From positions 10,746 to 74,745 of the forward strand of contig JBMOKQ010000043.1 of the NCBI GenBank assembly GCA_049324295.1: 64,000 nt of DNA, in the 5' to 3' direction. Numbering within the stretch: position 1 is the stretch's first letter; each line of letters opens with the position of its first letter. Of the stretch, positions 55,911 to 64,000 are shown piece by piece. The notes under the pieces were generated by a model, which ran no database searches, was not told the DNA's origin, and was given only the letters and a program-made list of their open reading frames with translations. This DNA comes from Bacteroidota bacterium. Lineage in GTDB: Bacteria > Bacteroidota > Bacteroidia > Chitinophagales > Chitinophagaceae. The position numbers and the translations under genes are program-made.

Positions 55911-57329
55911 TTATAATAAAGTTGTTGGACATACATAATCACTTATCCTGAATTTTTCTGATTCTTTGATGGCTTTAAATCCACCCTTAACATTAATCAG
56001 GTTATCAAAACCTCTGGCGCGCAGAATGGAATTAAAAATCATGGAACGATAACCACCGGCACAGTGTACATAATAAGTTTTGTTACGGTCTATCTGGCTC
56101 ATGCTGTCGTTGATAAAATCTAACGGTGCATTCTCTACATCTAAAACATGTTCACTGAGGTATTCGCTTTTCTTGCGTACATCCAGTATGTTTACGTTTT
56201 CTTCTTCCAGAATAATGGCCAGCTCATCGGCGCTTATGGAAAGAATCTGATCCGTTTCTTTACCCGCAGCTTCCCAGGCAGCAAAACCACCTTTTAAATA
56301 GCCAATAGTAAAATCGTAACCAACCCTGGCCAGGCGGGTAATTACTTCCTGTTCTCTTCCTTCCTCTGTTACCAGTAAAATTTCCTGCTTAATATCTGGT
56401 ATCATGGCACCTACCCATGGTGCGAAGTTTCCGTCGATACCGATATTGATGGAATTGGGAATAAAACCGGCTGCAAATGTTTGCGGATCACGAGTGTCGA
56501 GAATCAATGCGCCTGTTTCATTGGCAGCAGCTTCAAATGCATCGGCGCTCAATGCATGCTGACCTCTTTCCAGAACGGTATCAATACTTTCGTAACCATG
56601 AATATTCATCATTACGTTTAATGGAAAGTAAGCAGGTGGAGCCACCAAACCATTGGTTACTTCGCTGATAAACTCCTGTTTAGTCATATTGGCCCTTAAT
56701 GCATAATTCGTTTGCTTCTGGCGACCCAGTGTATCGGTTGTTTCCTTGCTCATATTTTTACCACAGGCACTGCCCGCACCATGCGCCGGATACACAATAA
56801 TATCATCAGATAAAGGCATGATTTTATTTCTCAGTGAATCAAATAAATAACCTGCCAGCATATCCTGTGTAAGATCGGCTTTCACTTTTTGAGCAAGATC
56901 CGGACGGCCCACATCGCCAATAAACAACGTATCTCCACTGAACAGACCAACAGCTTTTCCTGATTCATCTTTCAACAGGTAGCAGGTGCTTTCCATGGTA
57001 TGTCCCGGTGTATGTAATACCTGGATGGTTGCCTTACCTACTTTTAATTCCTCTCCATCTTTAGCAGAATAGAAATTAAAATCGGGTGCCGCATTTGGAC
57101 CATACACAATTTGAGCACCGGTTTTTTTGGCGAGATCGATATGGCCTGATACAAAATCGGCATGGAAATGTGTTTCCAGCACATATTTTATTTTGGCGCC
57201 ATTGCGATCAGCTTTCTGGATATAAGGAGCTACTTCTCTGAGTGGATCAATTACCACAGCTTCACCATTGCTTTCAATGTAGTAGGCACCCTGTGCCAGG
57301 CATCCGGTATAAATTTGTTCAACTATCAT
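55911..57329 (-). CDS. MBL-fold persulfide dioxygenase fused to rhodanese domains (CstB/Blh-like)
   Basis: ETHFHADFVSG, HTPGHT, FSGDTLFIGDVGRPDL, PAHGAGSACG; C-terminal HCAGGYRS. Confidence 0.92.
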   Translation of the reverse strand: MIVEQIYTGCLAQGAYYIESNGEAVVIDPLREVAPYIQKADRNGAKIKYVLETHFHADFVSGHIDLAKKTGAQIVYGPNAAPDFNFYSAKDGEELKVGKATIQVLHTPGHTMESTCYLLKDESGKAVGLFSGDTLFIGDVGRPDLAQKVKADLTQDMLAGYLFDSLRNKIMPLSDDIIVYPAHGAGSACGKNMSKETTDTLGRQKQTNYALRANMTKQEFISEVTNGLVAPPAYFPLNVMMNIHGYESIDTVLERGQHALSADAFEAAANETGALILDTRDPQTFAAGFIPNSINIGIDGNFAPWVGAMIPDIKQEILLVTEEGREQEVITRLARVGYDFTIGYLKGGFAAWEAAGKETDQILSISADELAIILEEENVNILDVRKKSEYLSEHVLDVENAPLDFINDSMSQIDRNKTYYVHCAGGYRSMIFNSILRARGFDNLINVKGGFKAIKESEKFRISDYVCPTTLL

Positions 57330-57383
57330 AGTGGTTTGTTTTATTTGATACTGTAAAATTGAGTTGTTTCATTCCCCTTTTCC

Positions 57384-57397
57384 GTGACCTGAATCAC
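57384..57397. promoter_or_regulatory. Crp-type box upstream of the persulfide dioxygenase operon
   Basis: CGTGACCTGAATCACG, 55 bp before the start; a second box CGTGATATTCGTCACA at 57542-57555. Confidence 0.65.
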
Positions 57398-57582
57398 GAT
57401 GCTTATTTTTTAACAATCTCTCTCTGCGAAAACTCTGCGCCCTTCTTTCTCTGCGATGAATCTTCACCGCAGAACATGAGTTAACGAAGTTTTCACAGAG
57501 AGTTGGAGTTGTAAAGTTGAAAAGAGTAGACGAGTTAAAACGTGATATTCGTCACATTCAAAACTGCTCTTTGTCATAAATT

Positions 57583-57610
57583 AGAAAGGCCCGCATTGCT
57601 GCAGGCCTCT
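57583..57610 (-). terminator. Terminator after tauE
   Basis: Minus strand GAGGCCTGCA-GCAA-TGCGGGCCTT followed by a T-rich tail. Confidence 0.65.
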
Positions 57611-57633
57611 CACTTATTGGGGGGTATAAAAAA

Positions 57634-58446
57634 CTAATGTGATGAACCTCCGGGGAAAACGATTTCTTTAACAATTATATACATACCCATTACCAGCACA
57701 AACCAGCCAAACCCCTTTTTTAGTTTATTGCCATCTATTTTTTTACTGATACTGTTACCCATAAAAATTCCACCGATTGCCAATGCTGTTATAGAACCGA
57801 GTAGCGGCCAGTCTATTTTAAAATGAGAAAGATCGCCGGTAAAGCCAATCAGCGACTTGGCCGCAATAATGAGCAGCGAAGTACCAACAGCCTGTTTCAT
57901 GGGTAATTTGCTTAATAATACCAGCGCGGGAATAATTAAAAATCCGCCGCCGGCACCTACCAATCCTGTTAACATACCTACAACTGCGCCTTCAAGAAGA
58001 ATCAATGGATAATTGAATTGCTGGGGGCCATTTTCTTTCTCTTCTGTTTTTTGTTTTTCGCGAATCATGGAAACAGAAGCAAAGACCATAAGCATTGCAA
58101 ACAAAAGCATCATGAGTATCGATTTTGTAACAACAAAACCGCCTATGGTAAATACTTCGGCAGGTATTAATGGAACAATAAATTTTCGGGTGGCAAAAAC
58201 CGCTGCAATAGAAGGAAGACCAAAAATGAAGGCGGTTTTCAGGTTAATAAAACCCTGTTTATATTTTGGAACGGCCCCTATTAAACTCGACAAGCCCACT
58301 ATAAAAAGTGAATACGCAGTAGCCAGTACAGGTTCTATTCCAAAAAGATACACAAGAACGGGTACCGTTAAAATAGATCCACCGCCACCTATTAATCCGA
58401 GAGAAACACCAATAACCAAAGATGCAATATAGCCCGCTATTTCCAT
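57634..58446 (-). CDS. Sulfite exporter TauE/SafE family protein
   Basis: LIGGGGSILTVP, GAGGGFLIIP, AVGTSL. Confidence 0.94.
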   Translation of the reverse strand: MEIAGYIASLVIGVSLGLIGGGGSILTVPVLVYLFGIEPVLATAYSLFIVGLSSLIGAVPKYKQGFINLKTAFIFGLPSIAAVFATRKFIVPLIPAEVFTIGGFVVTKSILMMLLFAMLMVFASVSMIREKQKTEEKENGPQQFNYPLILLEGAVVGMLTGLVGAGGGFLIIPALVLLSKLPMKQAVGTSLLIIAAKSLIGFTGDLSHFKIDWPLLGSITALAIGGIFMGNSISKKIDGNKLKKGFGWFVLVMGMYIIVKEIVFPGGSSH

Positions 58447-58493
58447 GTTTTTAATTGTAGGGGCAAAGTTGAGGGCATGAACCAGATTGTTTC

Positions 58494-58507
58494 GTGATAA
58501 ATATCAC
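58494..58507. promoter_or_regulatory. Crp-type box upstream of tauE
   Basis: CGTGATAAATATCACG, 48 bp before the start; overlaps the crp stop codon. Confidence 0.65.
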
Positions 58508-59160
58508 GAAGCCCATTTTTGCAGATCAACTATTTCAATATGCGATTTATGCTGTTTGATCATACCTTTTTCCGTGAGCTTTTTCATGAGTCTTGAAATT
58601 ACTTCACGCGATGAGTTGAGTTCCTGGGCCATTTCAGTAAATGAAATACCCAGCATATTCGATTTAGTGGTATCCTGGTGTTGTTTCAGGTAAAAAACCA
58701 GGCGTTCATCCATATTCCTGAAAGCAATATGGTCAATGGTTTGTAACATATCTTCAAAACGATCGCGATAACTGCTGATAACAAAATGATACCAGCTTTT
58801 ATGATTGGCCATCCACTGATCCATATAGGTTAATGGAATGGCAATTACTTCTGTGTTGTTCACCGTTTTGGCCATAATATGGCTGGTTTCCTGTTTAATG
58901 GCACATACCATAGAGAGGGCGCAGGCCTCACCCGGTTGCAGGTAATACATAAAGAATTCATTTCCTTCTTCATCTTCCCTGAAAATTTTAATAAGACCAG
59001 AAAGTACCAGCATGGTAGAGCGTATGTTCTGCCCCGTTTTCATCAGAATATCACCGGGTTCAAATTTTTTTACTTCACCAACGGCAGCAATCTGATCCTG
59101 CAGGTCTTTCTCAAAAAAGGGAAAATGTTTTTGTATGATCTCAATCGGTATCATAAACAC
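58504..59160 (-). CDS. Crp/Fnr family transcriptional regulator
   Basis: cNMP-binding barrel (SGLIKIF...PGEAC), C-terminal HTH MAQELNSSREVISRLMKKL. Confidence 0.94.
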   Translation of the reverse strand: MFMIPIEIIQKHFPFFEKDLQDQIAAVGEVKKFEPGDILMKTGQNIRSTMLVLSGLIKIFREDEEGNEFFMYYLQPGEACALSMVCAIKQETSHIMAKTVNNTEVIAIPLTYMDQWMANHKSWYHFVISSYRDRFEDMLQTIDHIAFRNMDERLVFYLKQHQDTTKSNMLGISFTEMAQELNSSREVISRLMKKLTEKGMIKQHKSHIEIVDLQKWAS

Positions 59161-59204
59161 AAGTTAGACAATCTGCAAATTTAAACCGATAAAAAAGCGC
59201 TGGC

Positions 59205-59218
59205 GTGACATTTGTCAC
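59205..59218. promoter_or_regulatory. Crp-type box upstream of the crp/fnr gene (autoregulation)
   Basis: CGTGACATTTGTCACA, 45 bp before the start; TAAATTTG -7 box on the minus strand between them. Confidence 0.65.
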
Positions 59219-59221
59219 AGC

Positions 59222-59668
59222 TTATTTCTTGTTCAGGATGAGTAACTGGTGAAACTTCTCCAGTTCCTGTTGCTCTGTTACAGAAAGTGTTTTTCGTTGT
59301 TCCCATTGTGCCTTAAGAAACAATACACGTTTATGTTGCGGATATTTATGAAGTATCTGTTGCATCAATTCATCCCGTTCCTTCCCTGTTTCCTGTTCCT
59401 TGTTTCTTGCTGCTTCCACCGGCGTTTTATCGCGTGTAGGCATTTTAAGCACAATGGCTTCAACACCTGCAATCAATCCTGCCGGTATGTCTTTTGCTTT
59501 TTTGGCTTTTAGTAATAAACCTTCCAGTTGTTTTTTGCTGAGGCTGCCTCTTTCTTCATACTGGTGCATAAGGCTCATTACAAACAAGGCATCTTTATTA
59601 TGCCGGTAGCAGGCTTCCAGTAATTTATCAATTACATCTATCTTTTTTTTCTTTCCCGGTAATGCCAT
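59222..59668 (-). CDS. Hypothetical protein
   Basis: ATG 59668 (MALPGKKKKIDVIDKLLEAC); ORF open to 59752. Confidence 0.7.
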   Translation of the reverse strand: MALPGKKKKIDVIDKLLEACYRHNKDALFVMSLMHQYEERGSLSKKQLEGLLLKAKKAKDIPAGLIAGVEAIVLKMPTRDKTPVEAARNKEQETGKERDELMQQILHKYPQHKRVLFLKAQWEQRKTLSVTEQQELEKFHQLLILNKK

Positions 59669-59785
59669 CTCTATTAAATAAAAGGAAAGGTAGAAAAACT
59701 CTGTGTAACCTCTGTTTCCTCTCGTTCTCCTATGTTTACAAAGTTGTAGCAATTAAACCATGGAGTCAAGAAGGAATGATGAAGA

Positions 59786-59892
59786 AAGCGTATGAATAGA
59801 ACACGGATTTTCATGATTTTCAATATCTATCATGATTAATCATCATAATCATGAAAATCTGTGTTCCATACTCCTCTCCCCATGTCTCTGCG
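59786..59892. repeat. Palindromic dispersed repeat, copy B
   Basis: Arms are the reverse complement of copy A (33011-33117). Confidence 0.8.
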
Positions 59893-59997
59893 GTAACCTT
59901 ACTCGAATATGCACCGCAGGAGAACGAGCGTACGCAGCGTTTACGCAGGGGGGGTTAGAATCTTTTGGAGTAGTTTTAATGTTCATAAACGCCATAT

Positions 59998-61542
59998 ATG
60001 GTTCGTAATAGTTTACTGATTGCTTTTGCATCTATCTTTTTTCTGTATTGCAACCCTGCTAAAAAAGCACAACGCAATGAACCGGTAAAAACATTCAGTG
60101 CCGACAGAGAATTCAGGGCCGCATGGATTGCCACAGTGGCCAATATTAACTGGCCCGCAAAGCCGGGCTTAAGTGTGGAAGAACAGAAAAAAGATGCCAT
60201 TGAGCAACTCGATTTTCTGAAAGCACATCATTTTAATGCAGTCATCTTCCAGGTGCGTCCACAGGCCGATGCATTGTATGAAAGTGCATTGGAGCCCTGG
60301 TCTTATTATTTAACGGGTAAGCAGGGAAAAGCACCGGAACCATTGTATGATCCTTTGCATTTCTGGATTGAAGCGGCACATGATCGGGGTATGGAACTGC
60401 ATGTATGGTTAAACCCATATCGTGCGCATCATAAAGACGGAAAGGAAATCAGTGAACAGTCAATCGTAACCAAACATCCGGAGCTGGTGATGAAATTAAA
60501 AGAAGGGTACTGGTGGATGGATCCTGCAAGAAAAGAAACACAGGATCATACATCGGCAGTGGTGATGGATATTGTAAAGCGTTATGATATTGATGGGGTT
60601 CATTTCGATGATTATTTCTATCCCTATCCATCCTATAACGGAGCCGATGATTTTCCGGATGATGAAAGCTGGAAAGCGTATCAGCAAGCGGGTGGTACAT
60701 TATCGCGTGGCGACTGGAGACGCAATGCGGTGAATACACTGATTGAAAGACTATATAAAGAAATTAAAGCCGAAAAGAAACAGGTGAAGTTTGGTTTGAG
60801 TCCGTTTGGTATCTGGCGCCCAGGTTACCCGGCATCTATTGAAGGATTCGATCAGTACGACCAGTTGTATGCCGATGCAAAACTGTGGTTGAATAAAGGA
60901 TGGATCGATTATTTCGCTCCGCAATTGTACTGGCCCATCAATCGTATGCCACAGAGTTATCCTGTTTTACTGGGCTGGTGGCAGCAGGAGAATACCATGC
61001 AGCGCCATCTCTGGCCGGGCATCAGTGTAGGAAGAGATACCAGTGCAAAAAATGTCAATGAAATCATGAGCCAGATTATGATATCGCGTGGTATGCTGCC
61101 ACAAAGTATGGGTGTATTGCATTGGAACATTTTCTCTGTTTCCAAAAACCAACCTATGGCAAAAGCGTTGATAGAAGGGCCTTATAAAAAACAGGCATTG
61201 GCACCTGCAAGTCCATGGCTGGGTAGCCAGGCTCCTGCAAAACCTGAAATAACTGTTGTAACTGAAAACAGTAAAGTAAAAATTAGCTGGAAGCATACAG
61301 CGTCATCAGAAGTGTTTCGGTGGGTGCTGTATTACCGGTATGGAAACCAGCAACGGTATCAGATACTCAACAGAAATGACAGAATGCTTGAATTGGAACA
61401 AAGTATTACTGCTGCCAGTAAAGAAAAAATAAACCTCATAGCAGTTGGGGTAACAGCCGTTGACAGATTGGGTAATGAAAGTGGAAAGAACGAAATGGTA
61501 ATGTTGCAAGGTTCTGCAGGAATTACATGGGTTCCTAAATAA
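59998..61542 (+). CDS. Glycoside hydrolase family 10-like (GHL10/YddW-DigH type) lipoprotein
   Basis: REFRAAWIATVANINWP, FQVRP, HVWLNPYR, YDIDGVHFDDYFYPY, FGLSPFGIWRP. Confidence 0.92.
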   Translation: MVRNSLLIAFASIFFLYCNPAKKAQRNEPVKTFSADREFRAAWIATVANINWPAKPGLSVEEQKKDAIEQLDFLKAHHFNAVIFQVRPQADALYESALEPWSYYLTGKQGKAPEPLYDPLHFWIEAAHDRGMELHVWLNPYRAHHKDGKEISEQSIVTKHPELVMKLKEGYWWMDPARKETQDHTSAVVMDIVKRYDIDGVHFDDYFYPYPSYNGADDFPDDESWKAYQQAGGTLSRGDWRRNAVNTLIERLYKEIKAEKKQVKFGLSPFGIWRPGYPASIEGFDQYDQLYADAKLWLNKGWIDYFAPQLYWPINRMPQSYPVLLGWWQQENTMQRHLWPGISVGRDTSAKNVNEIMSQIMISRGMLPQSMGVLHWNIFSVSKNQPMAKALIEGPYKKQALAPASPWLGSQAPAKPEITVVTENSKVKISWKHTASSEVFRWVLYYRYGNQQRYQILNRNDRMLELEQSITAASKEKINLIAVGVTAVDRLGNESGKNEMVMLQGSAGITWVPK

Positions 61543-61559
61543 CCTATGGCAAGAATTGT

Positions 61560-61609
61560 CCAACCTTAACCCAGCCCGGGATTTAAATCCCGGGCTGGGC
61601 TAAGGTTGG
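61560..61609. repeat. 50-bp near-perfect palindrome centred on ATTTAAAT
   Basis: CCAACCTTA-A-CCCAGCCCGGGATTTAAATCCCGGGCTGGG-C-TAAGGTTGG. Confidence 0.9.
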
Positions 61610-61648
61610 GTCAAAAATGAATTGTATATTAAAGCTTAAAACCTGCTC

Positions 61649-63631
61649 ATGAAGCACTTCATTCTAATCTGCTTCCTTATGATATTGGCAAAACAACATA
61701 CAGAAGCGCAAAGCCGGTACGATCAGTATCCTGTTTATAAAGGCAATGATCTGGGGTTAACTTATACCAGCCAGTCATCTGTGTTTCGCATATGGAGTCC
61801 GCCGGCCACTGATGTTGAACTAAGGTTGTATAAGGAGGGATCAGGCGGAGCAGTATACCAGGTATTACCTATGCAAAAAGCCGAATCGGGTACATGGGTA
61901 CTAACTGTTAAAGAAAACCTGAAAGGATATTTCTATACCATCCGCACAAAAATCAATGGCAAATGGAATAATGAAGTAACCGATCCTTATGCCAGAGCCG
62001 TTGGTATTAATGGACAGAGAGCGATGGTTGTTGATTTGAAAGAAACGAATCCCGAAGGATGGGATACAGACAGAAGCCCTGCTTTCTCTGATAAAAACCT
62101 GCCAACCGATGCTGTTATTTATGAACTGCATATTCGCGATGCAACCATTCACCCATCATCTGGCGTACAACATAAAGGAAAATTTTTAGGACTGGCTGAA
62201 ACAGGCACTAAAAACGCCGCAGGTTTATCAACAGGTCTCGATCATATAAAAGAACTGGGTGTTACACATGTTCACCTGCTTCCTTTCTACGATTATAATT
62301 CGGTGGATGAAACAAAAACCGGTCAGTACAACTGGGGTTACGATCCTGTTCATTATAATGTACCCGAAGGTTCTTACAGTACCAATGCAGCAGATGGCAC
62401 TGTTCGCATACGTGAATTAAAACAGATGATACAGGCTTTTCATAAAAAAGGATTGAGGGTGGTAATGGATGTGGTGTATAACCATACGGCGCTGACAGAA
62501 ACATCTAATTTTAATCAACTGGTACCAGGTTATTATTACCGGCAGAAAGCAGACGGCAGTTTTTCTGATGCCACTGCCTGTGGTAATGAAACAGCCAGCG
62601 AAAGAGAAATGTTCCGCAAGTTTATGCTGGAGAGTGTGCTGTACTGGGTAAACGAATACCATATTGATGGTTTTCGTTTCGATCTGATGGGGGTACATGA
62701 TATAAAAACCATGAACCTTATTTCAGATACACTGCATACAATAAAACGCGATATACTCCTGTATGGTGAAGGCTGGACGGCGGGCACTTCTCCTTATCCG
62801 GAAGCACAAAGAGCAGTAAAGAAAAATGCACATTTATTAAAAGGTATTGCAGTGTTCAGTGATGATATACGTGATGGCATTAAAGGAAGTGTGTTTGATA
62901 TAAAAGACAAAGGTTTTGCTACCGGTAAAACAAGCAATGCAGAATCGGTAAAGTTTGGTATTGTGGCATCGGGTAAACATGTGCAGATTGATATGAGTAA
63001 AGTGAACTATTCTAAAGAGCCTTATGCTTCCGGGCCTGATAATGTAATTACTTATGCCGAGTGCCATGATAATAATATTCTCTGGGATAAAATAGCTTTA
63101 TCTGTACCCGAAGCATCGGAGGCAGACAGAAAAAAAATGCATGAACTGGCATTAACGATTGTACTCACATCACAAGGCATTCCTTTTTTGCATGCAGGCT
63201 CAGAGTTTCTTCGTTCCAAGTTTGGGGAGGAGAATTCTTATAATAAGGGCGATAGTGTAAATGCGATTCGGTGGGATTTGAAAACAACAAATCATCTTTT
63301 TTTCCTGCGAGTGAAATCATTGGTAGATCAAAAAAAGAAGGAGCCACTGTTCCGTCTACCATCTCAAAACGCGGTCAAAGAAAGCATTAGTTTTCTGGAG
63401 AATCTTCCGGAGGGTATAATTGCCTATACACTTGGAGGAAAAAAAGAGGGTAGCAAATCCAGAAAGTATTTATTTCTGTTTAATGGAACTGCAATATCGC
63501 AGAAGGTAAAACTCCCAATGGGTAAGTGGCTTACAGAAGCCACTTTATGGTTTGATAAATGGTCCTATTTCGAGGAATCTATAGAAATCAACCCATTTAG
63601 CAGCACGAAATTGATGTTAGAAGAAAAATGA
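61649..63631 (+). CDS. pulA: Type I pullulanase (GH13)
   Basis: YNWGYDPVHYNVPEGSY, MDVVYNH, DGFRFDLMG, YGEGW, YAECHDN. Confidence 0.94.
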   Translation: MKHFILICFLMILAKQHTEAQSRYDQYPVYKGNDLGLTYTSQSSVFRIWSPPATDVELRLYKEGSGGAVYQVLPMQKAESGTWVLTVKENLKGYFYTIRTKINGKWNNEVTDPYARAVGINGQRAMVVDLKETNPEGWDTDRSPAFSDKNLPTDAVIYELHIRDATIHPSSGVQHKGKFLGLAETGTKNAAGLSTGLDHIKELGVTHVHLLPFYDYNSVDETKTGQYNWGYDPVHYNVPEGSYSTNAADGTVRIRELKQMIQAFHKKGLRVVMDVVYNHTALTETSNFNQLVPGYYYRQKADGSFSDATACGNETASEREMFRKFMLESVLYWVNEYHIDGFRFDLMGVHDIKTMNLISDTLHTIKRDILLYGEGWTAGTSPYPEAQRAVKKNAHLLKGIAVFSDDIRDGIKGSVFDIKDKGFATGKTSNAESVKFGIVASGKHVQIDMSKVNYSKEPYASGPDNVITYAECHDNNILWDKIALSVPEASEADRKKMHELALTIVLTSQGIPFLHAGSEFLRSKFGEENSYNKGDSVNAIRWDLKTTNHLFFLRVKSLVDQKKKEPLFRLPSQNAVKESISFLENLPEGIIAYTLGGKKEGSKSRKYLFLFNGTAISQKVKLPMGKWLTEATLWFDKWSYFEESIEINPFSSTKLMLEEK

Positions 63632-63646
63632 CGGATACACCTATAT

Positions 63647-63889
63647 TTGCACAAAATCAACAACGGTATGACCATTGAAAGTTTTAAAGAACTGGCCCAC
63701 GAAAAGAAATTGTTAGAGTTAAAACATAACGGCGAATTACTGGGCCCCTATGAGCGCAGAAGTGAAAACGGCGACAGCAAAACCCCCGGTGATATTTTTA
63801 CCCTGTATGCATTTTGGGTGTTTTTGAGTGAAGATGAGAAAATGATCATCCCCACCCGCAGAAACCCACTCTACAAGGAAGAAGAATAA
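63647..63889 (+). CDS. Small hypothetical protein
   Basis: 80-aa ORF with plausible composition; likely ATG at 63668. Confidence 0.55.
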   Translation: MHKINNGMTIESFKELAHEKKLLELKHNGELLGPYERRSENGDSKTPGDIFTLYAFWVFLSEDEKMIIPTRRNPLYKEEE

Positions 63890-64000
63890 CCAGGGCTTTC
63901 TTATATACATAGCCACAGGCGTATTGGATAAAGGGAAATATTTCCCATTGTAATCTTTTACGACTGTGGCTATATTTATGCAGTAAACCCAGCATATGTC

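Noticed and set aside
59849-60200. Small minus-strand ORFs before the GH10-like gene
   Set aside because: They overlap the palindromic repeat or the antisense strand of the real gene.

Overview
Chromosomal segment from a Bacteroidota genome, probably Chitinophagaceae-like. The evidence is a T9SS PorP/SprF gene with a type-B CTD substrate, TAnnTTTG -7 promoter boxes and the gene repertoire. The window has four zones. (1) 1-4.5 kb is housekeeping: a NarL-type regulator, a beta-barrel protein, hflX and a Rieske ferredoxin. (2) About 4.6-29 kb is an accessory region anchored at tRNA-Asn(GTT). It holds three hairpin-bearing degenerate copies of the tRNA flanking an MNT-HEPN pair and a GIY-YIG nuclease. 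It continues with HigBA, SymE, an XRE-DUF4062-Schlafen/AlbA operon, eroded TIR and K+ channel remnants, a 2281-aa T9SS adhesin with its PorP partner, a stand-alone HsdR_N nuclease, and a small-peptide / TPR histidine kinase / response regulator module behind a pseudoknotted leader. (3) 29-37 kb encodes hydrolases, a YejK-like protein and a FecA-like TonB receptor, followed by MITE-like repeats. (4) 37.3-59.2 kb is a sulfur block. A SAM-I riboswitch and a Cys-rich uORF precede cysH-D-N-E-K-cobA-cysJ-cysI and a CysG(N)-TauE fusion. These face a Crp/Fnr-associated cluster (TauE, persulfide dioxygenase, rhodanese, thioredoxin, porin, TsdA, YeeE/YedE, MFS) that carries five GTGA-N6-TCAC boxes. A GH10-like gene and a pullulanase gene close the window. 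No rRNA, CRISPR array or integrase/transposase gene was seen. Family assignments come from motif recognition by eye, not from database searches.
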